Of a stretch of DNA of 64,000 nucleotides, positions 7,770 through 16,077 are shown piece after piece. The DNA lies in assembly GCA_038065655.1 (NCBI GenBank), contig JBBTQO010000001.1, positions 2,517-66,516 on the forward strand. The letters run 5' to 3'. This stretch comes from Patescibacteria group bacterium (GTDB lineage: Bacteria; Patescibacteriota; Minisyncoccia; Phycocordibacterales; WO2-35-19). Position 1 is the first letter of the stretch. Every line of letters begins with the position of its first letter. Under the pieces are notes generated by a model, which saw nothing but the letters and a program-made list of their open reading frames with translations, made no database searches and had not been told where the DNA came from. Both the position numbers and the translations under genes were made by a program.

Positions 7770-9659
7770 ATGAATAACATCAGAAATTTCTGTATCATTG
7801 CTCATATTGACCACGGTAAATCTACTCTGGCAGATAGGATGCTTGAGATAACTGGCACCATAGAAGCTCGTAAAATGAAGGCTCAAGTGCTGGATTCTAT
7901 GGAGCTTGAAAGAGAGCGGGGGATTACTATAAAAATGCAACCTGTGCGGATGCTATATCATCCGCAAGCACGAAATCCGAAATCCGAAATCCGAAATTTC
8001 GAATTTGATGCTTCGAATTTAGAATTTGCAAATTCAGAATATATTCTGAATTTGATAGATACCCCCGGCCATATTGATTTTTCATATGAGGTTTCAAGGG
8101 CATTGAAAGCGGTAGAAGGAGCGATTCTTTTGGTTGACGCTACTCAAGGTATTCAAGCGCAAACTTTGTCGGTACTGGCTATGGCTAGAACCCAAGGTTT
8201 GGTTGTTATCCCAGCTTTGAGTAAGTGTGATTCGCCTTTGGCTAGAGTGGAAGAAGTAAAAGCGGAGATAATTTCACTACTTGATTGTCAGGAGGAAGAA
8301 ATAATAGAAACTTCTGGCAAAACAGGGGAGGGAGTGGAAAAACTTTTACTTAATATTATAGAAAAAATTCCAGCGCCAAATCTTGCCAAAGATGCCCTTT
8401 GCCATTTTCCGCTTCAAGCTCTTGTTTTTGATTTTAAATATTCCGCTCATCGGGGTATTATAGTTTTTGCCAGAATAATGAAAGGAGAAGTTTCGGCTAG
8501 AGAAAATTTAATTTTTAGAGTGGCGGGGCAAAAATTTGTGGCCTTGGAAGTGGGTATTTTTAAACCAGATGAAGAAGCTCAAAAATCATTAAAAGCTGGA
8601 GAAACCGGTTATATTGTCACCGGTATTAAAACTCCGGGCATAGTTTCTGTCGGCGATACTATTGGCAAAGAAAAAGAAAATGGCAAAGCCTTAGAAGGTT
8701 ACACCCTGCCAAATCCAGTAGTTTGGGCATCTGTTTTTCCTGAGGATCAAAGCGATTTGGTGGCCCTAAAACAGGCTTTGGCAAAATTGAAATTAACCGA
8801 CTCCTCGCTTTTTTATGAAGAAGAATCATCGGGAGTTTTGGGTAAAGGTTTTAGATGCGGTTTTTTGGGGATGCTTCATTTGGAAATTATTACTGAAAGA
8901 TTGAAAAGGGAATTTGATCTGACTTTGATTATTACTCAACCGTCCATCACTTATCATTTAGAATATAAAAATGGTAAATTTGAAAAAATTTTTTCGCCAG
9001 CCTTTTTCCCGGAAGATGGTTTAATTGAAAAAATAGAAGAACCTTGGGTCAATGTTCACATTATTACCCCTTCTCAATATGTGGGGGGCCTTTTGCCGCT
9101 ACTTTATGAATATGAGGCTGAAATAGTTTCTGCCGAAGGGCATCTTCAAAATGCTCCGATCCCAGAAGATGCCCTTCGGCGGAAAACAAACATCCACACT
9201 CTGATGCCATTAAGGGAGTTGATGCGTGGTTTTTTTGATAAGCTTAAGAGTGTCTCTCAAGGATATGCCTCTCTCTCCTATGAAGAAGCGGGGATGAGGC
9301 GGGCTAATGTCACCAAACTCTGTGTTTTGGTAAATGGAGAAGAAGAACCGTCTCTTTCTCGAGTAGTTTCTAAAAGAATTGTCGAAAGAGAAGCGGAGTC
9401 TATTGTGGAGAAACTTAAAAATCTTTTACCGCGCCAAATGTTTGAGCTCAAAATACAGGCAAAAGCTCTCGGTAGAATCATCGCTTCGCGTTCTATTTCG
9501 GCTTATCGAAAAGATGTTACTCAACATATGTATGGTGGGGACATTACTCGCAAAATGAAGCTTAGAGAAAAACAGAAAAAGGGCAAAAAGAAAATGAAAG
9601 AAAGAGGTAAAATATTGATACCCCAAGATGTTTTTATAAAAATAATGCGCCCCGACTAA
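7770..9659 (+). CDS. lepA: Elongation factor 4 (LepA) with in-frame repeat-derived insertions
   Basis: IRNFCIIAHIDHGKSTLADR, DTPGH, GFRCGFLGMLH, YGGDITRKMKL. Confidence 0.97.
   Translation: MNNIRNFCIIAHIDHGKSTLADRMLEITGTIEARKMKAQVLDSMELERERGITIKMQPVRMLYHPQARNPKSEIRNFEFDASNLEFANSEYILNLIDTPGHIDFSYEVSRALKAVEGAILLVDATQGIQAQTLSVLAMARTQGLVVIPALSKCDSPLARVEEVKAEIISLLDCQEEEIIETSGKTGEGVEKLLLNIIEKIPAPNLAKDALCHFPLQALVFDFKYSAHRGIIVFARIMKGEVSARENLIFRVAGQKFVALEVGIFKPDEEAQKSLKAGETGYIVTGIKTPGIVSVGDTIGKEKENGKALEGYTLPNPVVWASVFPEDQSDLVALKQALAKLKLTDSSLFYEEESSGVLGKGFRCGFLGMLHLEIITERLKREFDLTLIITQPSITYHLEYKNGKFEKIFSPAFFPEDGLIEKIEEPWVNVHIITPSQYVGGLLPLLYEYEAEIVSAEGHLQNAPIPEDALRRKTNIHTLMPLRELMRGFFDKLKSVSQGYASLSYEEAGMRRANVTKLCVLVNGEEEPSLSRVVSKRIVEREAESIVEKLKNLLPRQMFELKIQAKALGRIIASRSISAYRKDVTQHMYGGDITRKMKLREKQKKGKKKMKERGKILIPQDVFIKIMRPD
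7968..8027. repeat. 7-mer (CGAAATC) tandem array plus inverted units, in frame in lepA
   Basis: cgaaatc x3 + cgaaat, then ttcgaattt...ttcgaattt agaattt; encodes ARNPKSEIRNFEFDASNLEF. Confidence 0.8.
9132..9180. mobile_element. Family A REP doublet (REPIN-like hairpin) in frame in lepA
   Basis: Perfect 16-bp IR gccgaagggcatcttc with 17-nt spacer; 42/49 identical to the reverse complement of 16611-16659. Confidence 0.85.
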
Positions 9660-9739
9660 CTCACCCTAAATCCCTCTCTTACCCTAATAGAGGGACTTTC
9701 GAAAACCCCTCTTAAGATAAGAGGGGGTAGAGGGAGTTA
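9657..9739. mobile_element. MITE-like double-hairpin element, copy 1
   Basis: Ends TAACTCACCCT...AGGGAGTTA; internal hairpins tccctct/agaggga and cccctctta/taagagggg; related to 14327-14408. Confidence 0.7.
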
Positions 9740-9865
9740 TGCAATTGGGATATATATCAAGACCATACCGATTATCAAAAATATGGCTATGATAAACCAC
9801 AAAACTTTTATTATTTTTTGTGCTTTTGGATTCCAGAGCATGATATTATGTTAACATAAAAACAT

Positions 9866-10249
9866 ATGAGCTTGAAAGGTATAAAAAACAGAGAAAGTGG
9901 GAAGTGGAAAAGGTTAGGGATTTTTTTAATATTACTTTTAGTGTTTGGGTTGCTTCTAAATTCAGTCAGTAAAGTTTACAAAAAAAAGCAGGAAGCGGAA
10001 AAGATTTTGGTCCGTATGGAGGAACAAGCAACTGAACTAAAACAAAGAAATCAGTTTTTAAAAGAATCTTTGGAAAAGCTGGCGACTGAAGAAGGTGTTG
10101 AATTTGAAATTCGTAAAAAATTGAATGTGGCGGAAGTAGGGGAGAGTGTGGCGATTATTGTAGAAGAAGAACCAATCGCTTCTACCTCTAACCCCCAAAT
10201 CTCCTCTTGGCAAAAATTCAAAAACTTTTTTACTGAGCTATTTGAATAA
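9866..10249 (+). CDS. Septum formation initiator (DivIC/FtsB-like)
   Basis: TM, coiled coil, then IRKKLNVAEVGE motif. Confidence 0.75.
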   Translation: MSLKGIKNRESGKWKRLGIFLILLLVFGLLLNSVSKVYKKKQEAEKILVRMEEQATELKQRNQFLKESLEKLATEEGVEFEIRKKLNVAEVGESVAIIVEEEPIASTSNPQISSWQKFKNFFTELFE

Positions 10250-10260
10250 ATAAAATATTA

Positions 10261-10311
10261 TATTAGACGCTGAGCGTTTAGTATAGTTATTTTATAAAAA
10301 TATTGTGTAAT
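10261..10311. repeat. 51-bp dispersed intergenic repeat, copy 1
   Basis: 45/51 identical to 29082-29132. Confidence 0.8.
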
Positions 10312-10321
10312 AATTTGTTTG

Positions 10322-10392
10322 TGCGGGTAGGGGGAATCGAACCCCCGTCTCAACCTTGGGAAGGTCGCATCATACCACTAAACTATACCCGC
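10322..10392 (-). tRNA. tRNA-Gly (CCC), CCA not encoded
   Basis: GCGGGTA acceptor stem, CGACC-TTCCCAA-GGTTG anticodon arm, GGGGG-TTCGATT-CCCCC T arm. Confidence 0.95.
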
Positions 10393-10659
10393 ATTGTTTT
10401 CTAAATAATTTTGGATTCTTTTATTTAAATACCCCCTACCAAAACCTGTTTTTAGTTGGAGCTCTCTTTTTCTGGAATCTGTTTTGTCCATACACGCTTC
10501 ATAGTAGACCAGTGTAATTCTATCAAATTTTTTTGTTGTTTGGACCTCACCTAATTTATGTTCCTTTAATCTATTGCGCAAATCACTTGTTGAGCCTATA
10601 TAAAAATTGTTTGCTCTTGTTTTCAAATTTTCACAATGTAGTACGTAAGTATAAAACAT
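10378..10659 (-). CDS. Stand-alone GIY-YIG nuclease (UPF0213/SLX1-like)
   Basis: MFYTYVL...FYIGSTSDLRNRLKEH...YYEA...RELQLKTG; start reassigned to ATG 10659; stop codon lies inside the tRNA. Confidence 0.9.
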   Translation of the reverse strand: MFYTYVLHCENLKTRANNFYIGSTSDLRNRLKEHKLGEVQTTKKFDRITLVYYEACMDKTDSRKRELQLKTGFGRGYLNKRIQNYLENNAGIV

Positions 10660-10670
10660 ATTATTGCTTG

Positions 10671-10740
10671 CCCGCCAAAAGGTCTGCGAGACCATTTGGG
10701 CGGGTCCGTCTAAATGTTCGCAAAGCGAACTTTTGACGGA
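10671..10740 (-). repeat. Two tandem GC-rich hairpins upstream of the GIY-YIG gene
   Basis: TCCGTC..GTTCGC-TTT-GCGAAC..GACGGA and CCCGCC..GGTCT-CGC-AGACC..GGCGGG. Confidence 0.7.
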
Positions 10741-10774
10741 GGAAGGTCGCATCATACCACTAAACTATACCCGC
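10741..10774 (-). repeat. Exact duplicate of the tRNA-Gly 5' half (nt 1-34)
   Basis: 34/34 identical to 10359-10392; ends inside the anticodon. Confidence 0.95.
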
Positions 10775-12154
10775 TAAGGTTTTTTTGATGATACTTTCTT
10801 TTTCTTTATCTTCTAATACATAACCTTCTCTCTCAATTTCTTTTCTTAGCTCGTCACTTTTTTGCCAGTTTTTTTGCTCTCGGGCAGAATCTCTCTCTTT
10901 TTTTAATTCTAAAATATGTTCGGGAATATTTTCTTTTGTTTCTTTAGCCAGTTTAGCAATATTTAATCCTAAGACTTTATCCATTTCTAATACTGTTTTT
11001 TGACTCTTTTTAGAGCTAAAAGTTTCGTGGAGGAGGGCCAAAACTTTTGGGGTATTCAAATCATCAGCTATAAATTCTTTAAATTGATTTATTGTTTCTT
11101 TGTCTATTTCTCCATCAGACAAGTTATCAAATTCAAAGACCAATTTTTCCAAAGCCTTTTGAGAACCTAAAACAGAATCCCAAGTAAAGTTCATGGGGGA
11201 CCCATAATGACCAGAAAGAAGCAAAAATCTAAATGATAATGGATGAATTTTTCTCTGCTTTAAATCTGAAATGGTGTAGGTATTTTTTAATGATTTGGAC
11301 ATTTTTTCACCTTCTATCGTCAGAAATTCATTGTGTAGCCAGAAGTTGGCTAGTGGTACTCCAAAAGCACATTCGGACTGGGCGATTTCATTGTTGTGAT
11401 GAACAGGGATATGATCAATGCCACCAGTGTGGATATCAAAAGGTTGACCCAAATACTTTTGGCTCATTGCCGAACATTCAATATGCCAGCCGGGAAAGCC
11501 AACGCCCCAAGGACTCTCCCATTCTTGTAATCTGGAAGATTGCCCCGAGCCCGCTCCCGGGCTAAATTTCCACAAAGCAAAATCAGCGGGGTTTCTTTTT
11601 TCGCTGTTTTTTTCTATCCGAGAGCCCTCTTTTTGTTCTTTTATGTTTATATTACCGAGTTTGCCATAATCTTTAAATTTGCTAGTGTTAAAATAAACGC
11701 CATCAGTAGTTTGATAAGCAAAACCCTTTTCTTCTAATATTTTTATTATTTCTATTTGCTCTGTTATATGCTCAGTGGCTCTTGGGAAGATGGTGTTTTG
11801 AGTATTTATATTTAAATCTTTTAAATCTTCCAAGTAGGCCTTCTCATAAAAACGAGCAATTTCGGTTACTGTTTTCTTTTCTTTTTTTGCCACCTCCTCA
11901 ATTTTATCATTTCCAGTATCGCTCTCGTCGGTTAGATGCCCGACGTCAGTAATGTTTATGACTTGTTTTACCTCATACCCGAAATATTTAAGAGTTTTTC
12001 TTAAAATATCAGCAAAGACATAGGCTCGCATATTGCCAATATGGGCAAAGGAATAGACCGTCGGCCCACAATTATACATATGAACAGCTTTTGATTTTAT
12101 AGACTTAAACTCTTCTTTTTGATTACCCAGAGTATTATGTAGCTTTATTTCCAT
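10760..12154 (-). CDS. cysS: Cysteine--tRNA ligase
   Basis: CGPTVY, HIGN, GFPGWHIECSAM, KMSKS. Confidence 0.97.
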   Translation of the reverse strand: MEIKLHNTLGNQKEEFKSIKSKAVHMYNCGPTVYSFAHIGNMRAYVFADILRKTLKYFGYEVKQVINITDVGHLTDESDTGNDKIEEVAKKEKKTVTEIARFYEKAYLEDLKDLNINTQNTIFPRATEHITEQIEIIKILEEKGFAYQTTDGVYFNTSKFKDYGKLGNINIKEQKEGSRIEKNSEKRNPADFALWKFSPGAGSGQSSRLQEWESPWGVGFPGWHIECSAMSQKYLGQPFDIHTGGIDHIPVHHNNEIAQSECAFGVPLANFWLHNEFLTIEGEKMSKSLKNTYTISDLKQRKIHPLSFRFLLLSGHYGSPMNFTWDSVLGSQKALEKLVFEFDNLSDGEIDKETINQFKEFIADDLNTPKVLALLHETFSSKKSQKTVLEMDKVLGLNIAKLAKETKENIPEHILELKKERDSAREQKNWQKSDELRKEIEREGYVLEDKEKESIIKKTLAGIV

Positions 12155-12169
12155 CAGAATTTAAATTAG

Positions 12170-13072
12170 TTATACCCATCTTTTATACTTGAAGTAGACA
12201 AACATAGCAATACTGACAAAAAACATAATACCTATTACTATCCAAAAATCATTTTGCCAGCCGACTATGGGAATAAAAGAAGTATTCATTCCAAATATGC
12301 TTGCTATAAGTGAAAGTGGGAAAGTAACAAAAGCTAATATTGTAAGAATTTTCATCACCTCATTTTGTTTAGTGGAAAGCATTGAATTGTTTGTTTCTCG
12401 GAGCTGGGTGATTAAATCTATTTGGTTGTTTACGATTCTCATCACATGGCGCCAATCTTCAATTAGTATTTTTGTTTGAGTGCCAAATTCCCGACCAAAT
12501 TTTTCAGTCCCATTTTCTTTTAAGAATTCAAAAATACCTCCATGAGGGTCAACGATTCTTCTAAAATTTAAAATATTTCTACCGGTGTTGGATATGGCAA
12601 ACACCATTTCTTTTTCCTGTCCGTCAAAAATATTTTTTTCAATTTCTTTCATCTGGTCTTCCATATAAGAAAGCTCGTCTCGCATTGCGTTGTAGACCTC
12701 TTTCATCATGCCAAAAAATAGATGAACATTTTCTCCTTTATTTAATATTTCACTCACCTCAATTTGTTTAGCAAAATAATGCAAAGCATCAATTGAATCG
12801 TATCTGGCGGTTATTAAATTATCGGCTGATAGGATAATATCTACTTCCTGAGTATCGCAAATAGAGCGGGAACGCTTAAAAGTCGGTAAATGTAAAATAG
12901 CATAAATACTCTTACCTCTGTCTTGGGCATGCTGTGCCGGTGTTGGCGCTACCAAATCTTTGGCAACGGACGGATCTATATTATGAGTTAAAACCAATGA
13001 ATCCGCCTCTTCTTTGGTGGGAGAGTTTAGGTCAATCCATGTTTGATTCATAAATGAACGAGTTGTAATCAT
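12170..13072 (-). CDS. corA: CorA-family Mg2+/Co2+ transporter
   Basis: FGMN signature between two C-terminal TM helices. Confidence 0.88.
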   Translation of the reverse strand: MITTRSFMNQTWIDLNSPTKEEADSLVLTHNIDPSVAKDLVAPTPAQHAQDRGKSIYAILHLPTFKRSRSICDTQEVDIILSADNLITARYDSIDALHYFAKQIEVSEILNKGENVHLFFGMMKEVYNAMRDELSYMEDQMKEIEKNIFDGQEKEMVFAISNTGRNILNFRRIVDPHGGIFEFLKENGTEKFGREFGTQTKILIEDWRHVMRIVNNQIDLITQLRETNNSMLSTKQNEVMKILTILAFVTFPLSLIASIFGMNTSFIPIVGWQNDFWIVIGIMFFVSIAMFVYFKYKRWV

Positions 13073-13117
13073 TTTATTTTTGATAAGGACTAAATATATG
13101 ATATATTATAACAGAAA

Positions 13118-14329
13118 ATGAATAAGGAAAGATACACCCAAATTACAGCTTCAGTACTCATCGCAGGAGTTTTATTTACCACTGGTTTTTATGTTGGTAA
13201 AAATAATTTACAAGGCAATGAATCAACCCAATTTCTAAATGCTACCAGTACTAAAAATGTTGATATGGCTGTCTATTGGAAAGCGTGGGGGATATTGGAC
13301 GAGAAATTTGCAGCATCATCCTCTACTACTCCAGCAGTAAGTAGTGAAGATAAACTCTGGGGCTCCATTGAAGGCTTGGCTAGTTCCTATAAAGATCCCT
13401 ACACCGTATTTTTCCCTCCCATAGAGTCAAAAGCTTTTGAAGAAGAAATAAGCGGTTCTTTTGGGGGGGTGGGCATGGAAGTGGCATTACAAGAAGGAGG
13501 GCTCACTGTGGTGGCGCCTCTCAAAGGAACTCCAGCCGAGAAGGCCGGTGTTTTGGCTGGGGATAAAATTCTTATGATTGGAGATAAATCTACCGCAAAA
13601 ATGTCTACCGATGAAGCTATAAAATTGATTAGAGGTGAAGTGGGCACTCCTATCATTGTCACTTTTAGCAGAAAAGGAGCAAAAGAGCCAATCATTAAAA
13701 CTTTGATTAGGGCCAATATTGAAATACCAACCATAAACACAAAACTCTTGCCGGAAAATGTTTTTGTGATCAGTCTTTATAGTTTCTCGGCTATTTCTCC
13801 AAATTTGTTTCGGGGAGCATTGCGAGAATTTGTAGAATCCGGCTCTGATAAATTAGTATTGGATTTACGCAATAATCCGGGTGGTTATTTGGAAGCGGCT
13901 CTTGATATGGCTAGTTGGTTTTTGCCAACTGGTAAAGTGGTGGTTACTGAAGATTTCGGAAATAAAAAAGAACCAAAAATGTATAGAAGCAAAGGTTATA
14001 ATGTTTTTATCGATGATTTGAAATTTGCTATTTTAGTAAACGAAGGTTCGGCTTCAGCTTCTGAAATTTTAGCTGGAGCTCTAAGAGAGCACAATAAAGC
14101 TATTCTTATTGGTAACAAGACTTTTGGTAAAGGTTCGGTTCAGGAATTGGTCTCTTTAACTTCAGATACTTCTCTTAAAATAACAGTAGCTCATTGGTTA
14201 ACGCCACTTGGTACATCTATCTCTAATGGTGGTCTTGCTCCTGATATTGAAGTCAAGCTGACTTCGGAAAACACTAAAGATGGTAATGACCCCCAATTAA
14301 ATGCAGCTGTTAAATATTTGTTGAAATAA
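13118..14329 (+). CDS. S41 C-terminal processing peptidase (PDZ)
   Basis: DLRNNPGG, SASASEI, GKGSVQ. Confidence 0.93.
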   Translation: MNKERYTQITASVLIAGVLFTTGFYVGKNNLQGNESTQFLNATSTKNVDMAVYWKAWGILDEKFAASSSTTPAVSSEDKLWGSIEGLASSYKDPYTVFFPPIESKAFEEEISGSFGGVGMEVALQEGGLTVVAPLKGTPAEKAGVLAGDKILMIGDKSTAKMSTDEAIKLIRGEVGTPIIVTFSRKGAKEPIIKTLIRANIEIPTINTKLLPENVFVISLYSFSAISPNLFRGALREFVESGSDKLVLDLRNNPGGYLEAALDMASWFLPTGKVVVTEDFGNKKEPKMYRSKGYNVFIDDLKFAILVNEGSASASEILAGALREHNKAILIGNKTFGKGSVQELVSLTSDTSLKITVAHWLTPLGTSISNGGLAPDIEVKLTSENTKDGNDPQLNAAVKYLLK

Positions 14330-14408
14330 CTCCCCCCAACCCCCCTCTTACATTAAGAGGGGGGCTTTCCGAACCCTCTCTTGTTGTAAGAGAGGGCAGG
14401 GTGAGTTA
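14327..14408. mobile_element. MITE-like double-hairpin element, copy 2
   Basis: TAACTCCCCC...AGGGTGAGTTA; hairpins cccctctta/taagagggg and ccctctctt/aagagaggg. Confidence 0.7.
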
Positions 14409-14418
14409 TGATATGTTT

Positions 14419-14862
14419 ATGAAAGTAATTCTTAAAGAGAACATAAAAGGAGTAGGGCATAAATATGAAATAAAAGATGTATCTGATGGTTATGCCAACA
14501 ATTTTCTGATACCAAAAAAACTAGCTGAGTATGCCAGTCCAGATGCTGTCAAAAAAGCTGAAATTTTGAAATCAGCAAACGAAGCGGAAATTGAAATAAG
14601 AGAAAAATTAACTGAAAAACAGATAGAGATGCTAAAAGGAGTAACAGTTGTTTTAAAAAAGAAAGGCAACGAAAAAGGACATTTATTTGAAAAAATTCAT
14701 CCAGAAGAAATATCGGCTGTTTTAAAAGAACAGGCAAAAATAGAAATTGATTCAGAATTTATTATTCTTGAAAATCCTATTAAGGAAATAGGGGAGCACA
14801 CAATAGCTGTTAAGGTGGGCAAGAGTAAGGGAGAATTTAAATTAAAAATAGAGCTAATCTAA
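14419..14862 (+). CDS. rplI: 50S ribosomal protein L9
   Basis: MKVILKENIKGVG...VSDGYANNFLIP; start taken at MKVIL. Confidence 0.93.
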   Translation: MKVILKENIKGVGHKYEIKDVSDGYANNFLIPKKLAEYASPDAVKKAEILKSANEAEIEIREKLTEKQIEMLKGVTVVLKKKGNEKGHLFEKIHPEEISAVLKEQAKIEIDSEFIILENPIKEIGEHTIAVKVGKSKGEFKLKIELI

Positions 14863-14982
14863 AAACTCTTTCTCGTCATAAGTTTTGAAAAGCACGCATA
14901 ATTTTCTGCTGAAAATTTGCTCACGCTCGCCTCAGTCAGTCTGCGCGAGTCTTTTCAAAACTTACGACCACGACGAGTTTTT
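14861..14982. repeat. Long imperfect inverted repeat between convergent rplI and rpmA
   Basis: taagttttgaaaag (14879-92) / cttttcaaaactta (14951-64), outer ctcgtc/gacgag. Confidence 0.6.
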
Positions 14983-15254
14983 TAAACTACAGTGGCGATT
15001 TTTTTGACAATAGTGGAGCCGTCAAAGTGGACTTTTCTTTTGGAAGCCATTTTGACTTTGCCGTCTTTGAGAGCAAAAAGAGTATAATCTCTGCCCATAC
15101 CGACACCATTGCCGGGTAGGATGTTTGAACCTCTTTGACGCACCAAAATACAGCCCGTATTGCAGGAGCTTCCGTCTGAGAGCTTAATTCCTAGAAATTT
15201 TGGGTTGGAATCTCTCCCGTTTTTAGTTGTACCGGCGGCTTTTTTATGTGCCAT
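14982..15254 (-). CDS. rpmA: 50S ribosomal protein L27
   Basis: [16 protein letters not shown]...ILVRQRG. Confidence 0.96.
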   Translation of the reverse strand: MAHKKAAGTTKNGRDSNPKFLGIKLSDGSSCNTGCILVRQRGSNILPGNGVGMGRDYTLFALKDGKVKMASKRKVHFDGSTIVKKIATVV

Positions 15255-15283
15255 ATAAAGAGTATAATAGATAATAATCTAAA

Positions 15284-15724
15284 ATGCAAGATGACAAAAA
15301 AATAGAAGAATATATAGAAGAAGAGGATTTTGAGAATAAAGGGGGTAGGGGATGGAAAGGAAAATTTATAGATTTTATTGGGGGAAAATATTTTGTGCCA
15401 ATTACTATCGTTTTAGTAGCTATAATAGCTTTTTCTTTAGGGAGAATCTCGGGATTACAGGAAAAAAGGGAGCCGGTGAGGGTTTTAAATAACACAGTTT
15501 CTGTGGAAAACCCAACATCCAATGTTGGGCAAACGGCAGCGGTTGGTGCAAGTAATGCTAGTGGAGGATCAGTGGTGGCGTCAAAAAATGGTACTAAATA
15601 TCATTATCCTTGGTGTGCCGGCGCTAAACAAATATCAGCCAAAAATTTGGTTACTTTTGATTCTATTGAAAAAGCTCGCACCGCTGGCTACACTCCAGCT
15701 AGTAATTGTAAGGGACTCAAATAA
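15284..15724 (+). CDS. Membrane-anchored protein with Ada-like metal-binding C-terminus
   Basis: TM, then ASKNGTKYHYPWC...GYTPASNC. Confidence 0.75.
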   Translation: MQDDKKIEEYIEEEDFENKGGRGWKGKFIDFIGGKYFVPITIVLVAIIAFSLGRISGLQEKREPVRVLNNTVSVENPTSNVGQTAAVGASNASGGSVVASKNGTKYHYPWCAGAKQISAKNLVTFDSIEKARTAGYTPASNCKGLK

Positions 15725-15800
15725 TAGAGAGAGGTAATAAATGGCTTAAATAAAGGGGATTTGGTAGAATTTTAGAAATAAATTTGACCACATTTTCTCC

Positions 15801-15829
15801 TTGACAGCAAGGTTTAAAAATGCTACACT
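15801..15829 (+). promoter_or_regulatory. Sigma70 promoter TTGACA-17-TACACT (extended TG)
   Basis: ttgaca gcaaggtttaaaaatgc tacact. Confidence 0.7.
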
Positions 15830-16077
15830 ATACGTAAGTCCAGTAAATGCTGGATTTTGTCGTTATAGGGATGTTCTTTGGCTCAGGCAACAATTTTAGG
15901 TTCGCGCTTGAGGTTTATCTGATTTGCATCTCTATCCAGCCCTAACTTCCTTAGTTATTAAATTAATTCTTAATAGGAATAAGAATTAATGAAATAGGCT
16001 AGGGGGGTTATAATCTAAAAAATGAGTTAGAGCTGGAATTAAAATTAAACAATAGGCTTATTTTTCAGACTACTGCT

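Noticed and set aside
8210-8235. LepA G4 motif SKCD instead of NKxD
   Set aside because: Single substitution, probably lineage variation; cannot be evaluated without an alignment
10660-10755. 32-aa N-terminal extension of the GIY-YIG ORF
   Set aside because: Translates the tRNA fragment and hairpins; the family N-terminus begins at MFYTYVL
10322-10774. tRNA intron or split tRNA interpretation
   Set aside because: An intact tRNA follows the insert and the 5' half is duplicated rather than interrupted; no group I intron core recognised
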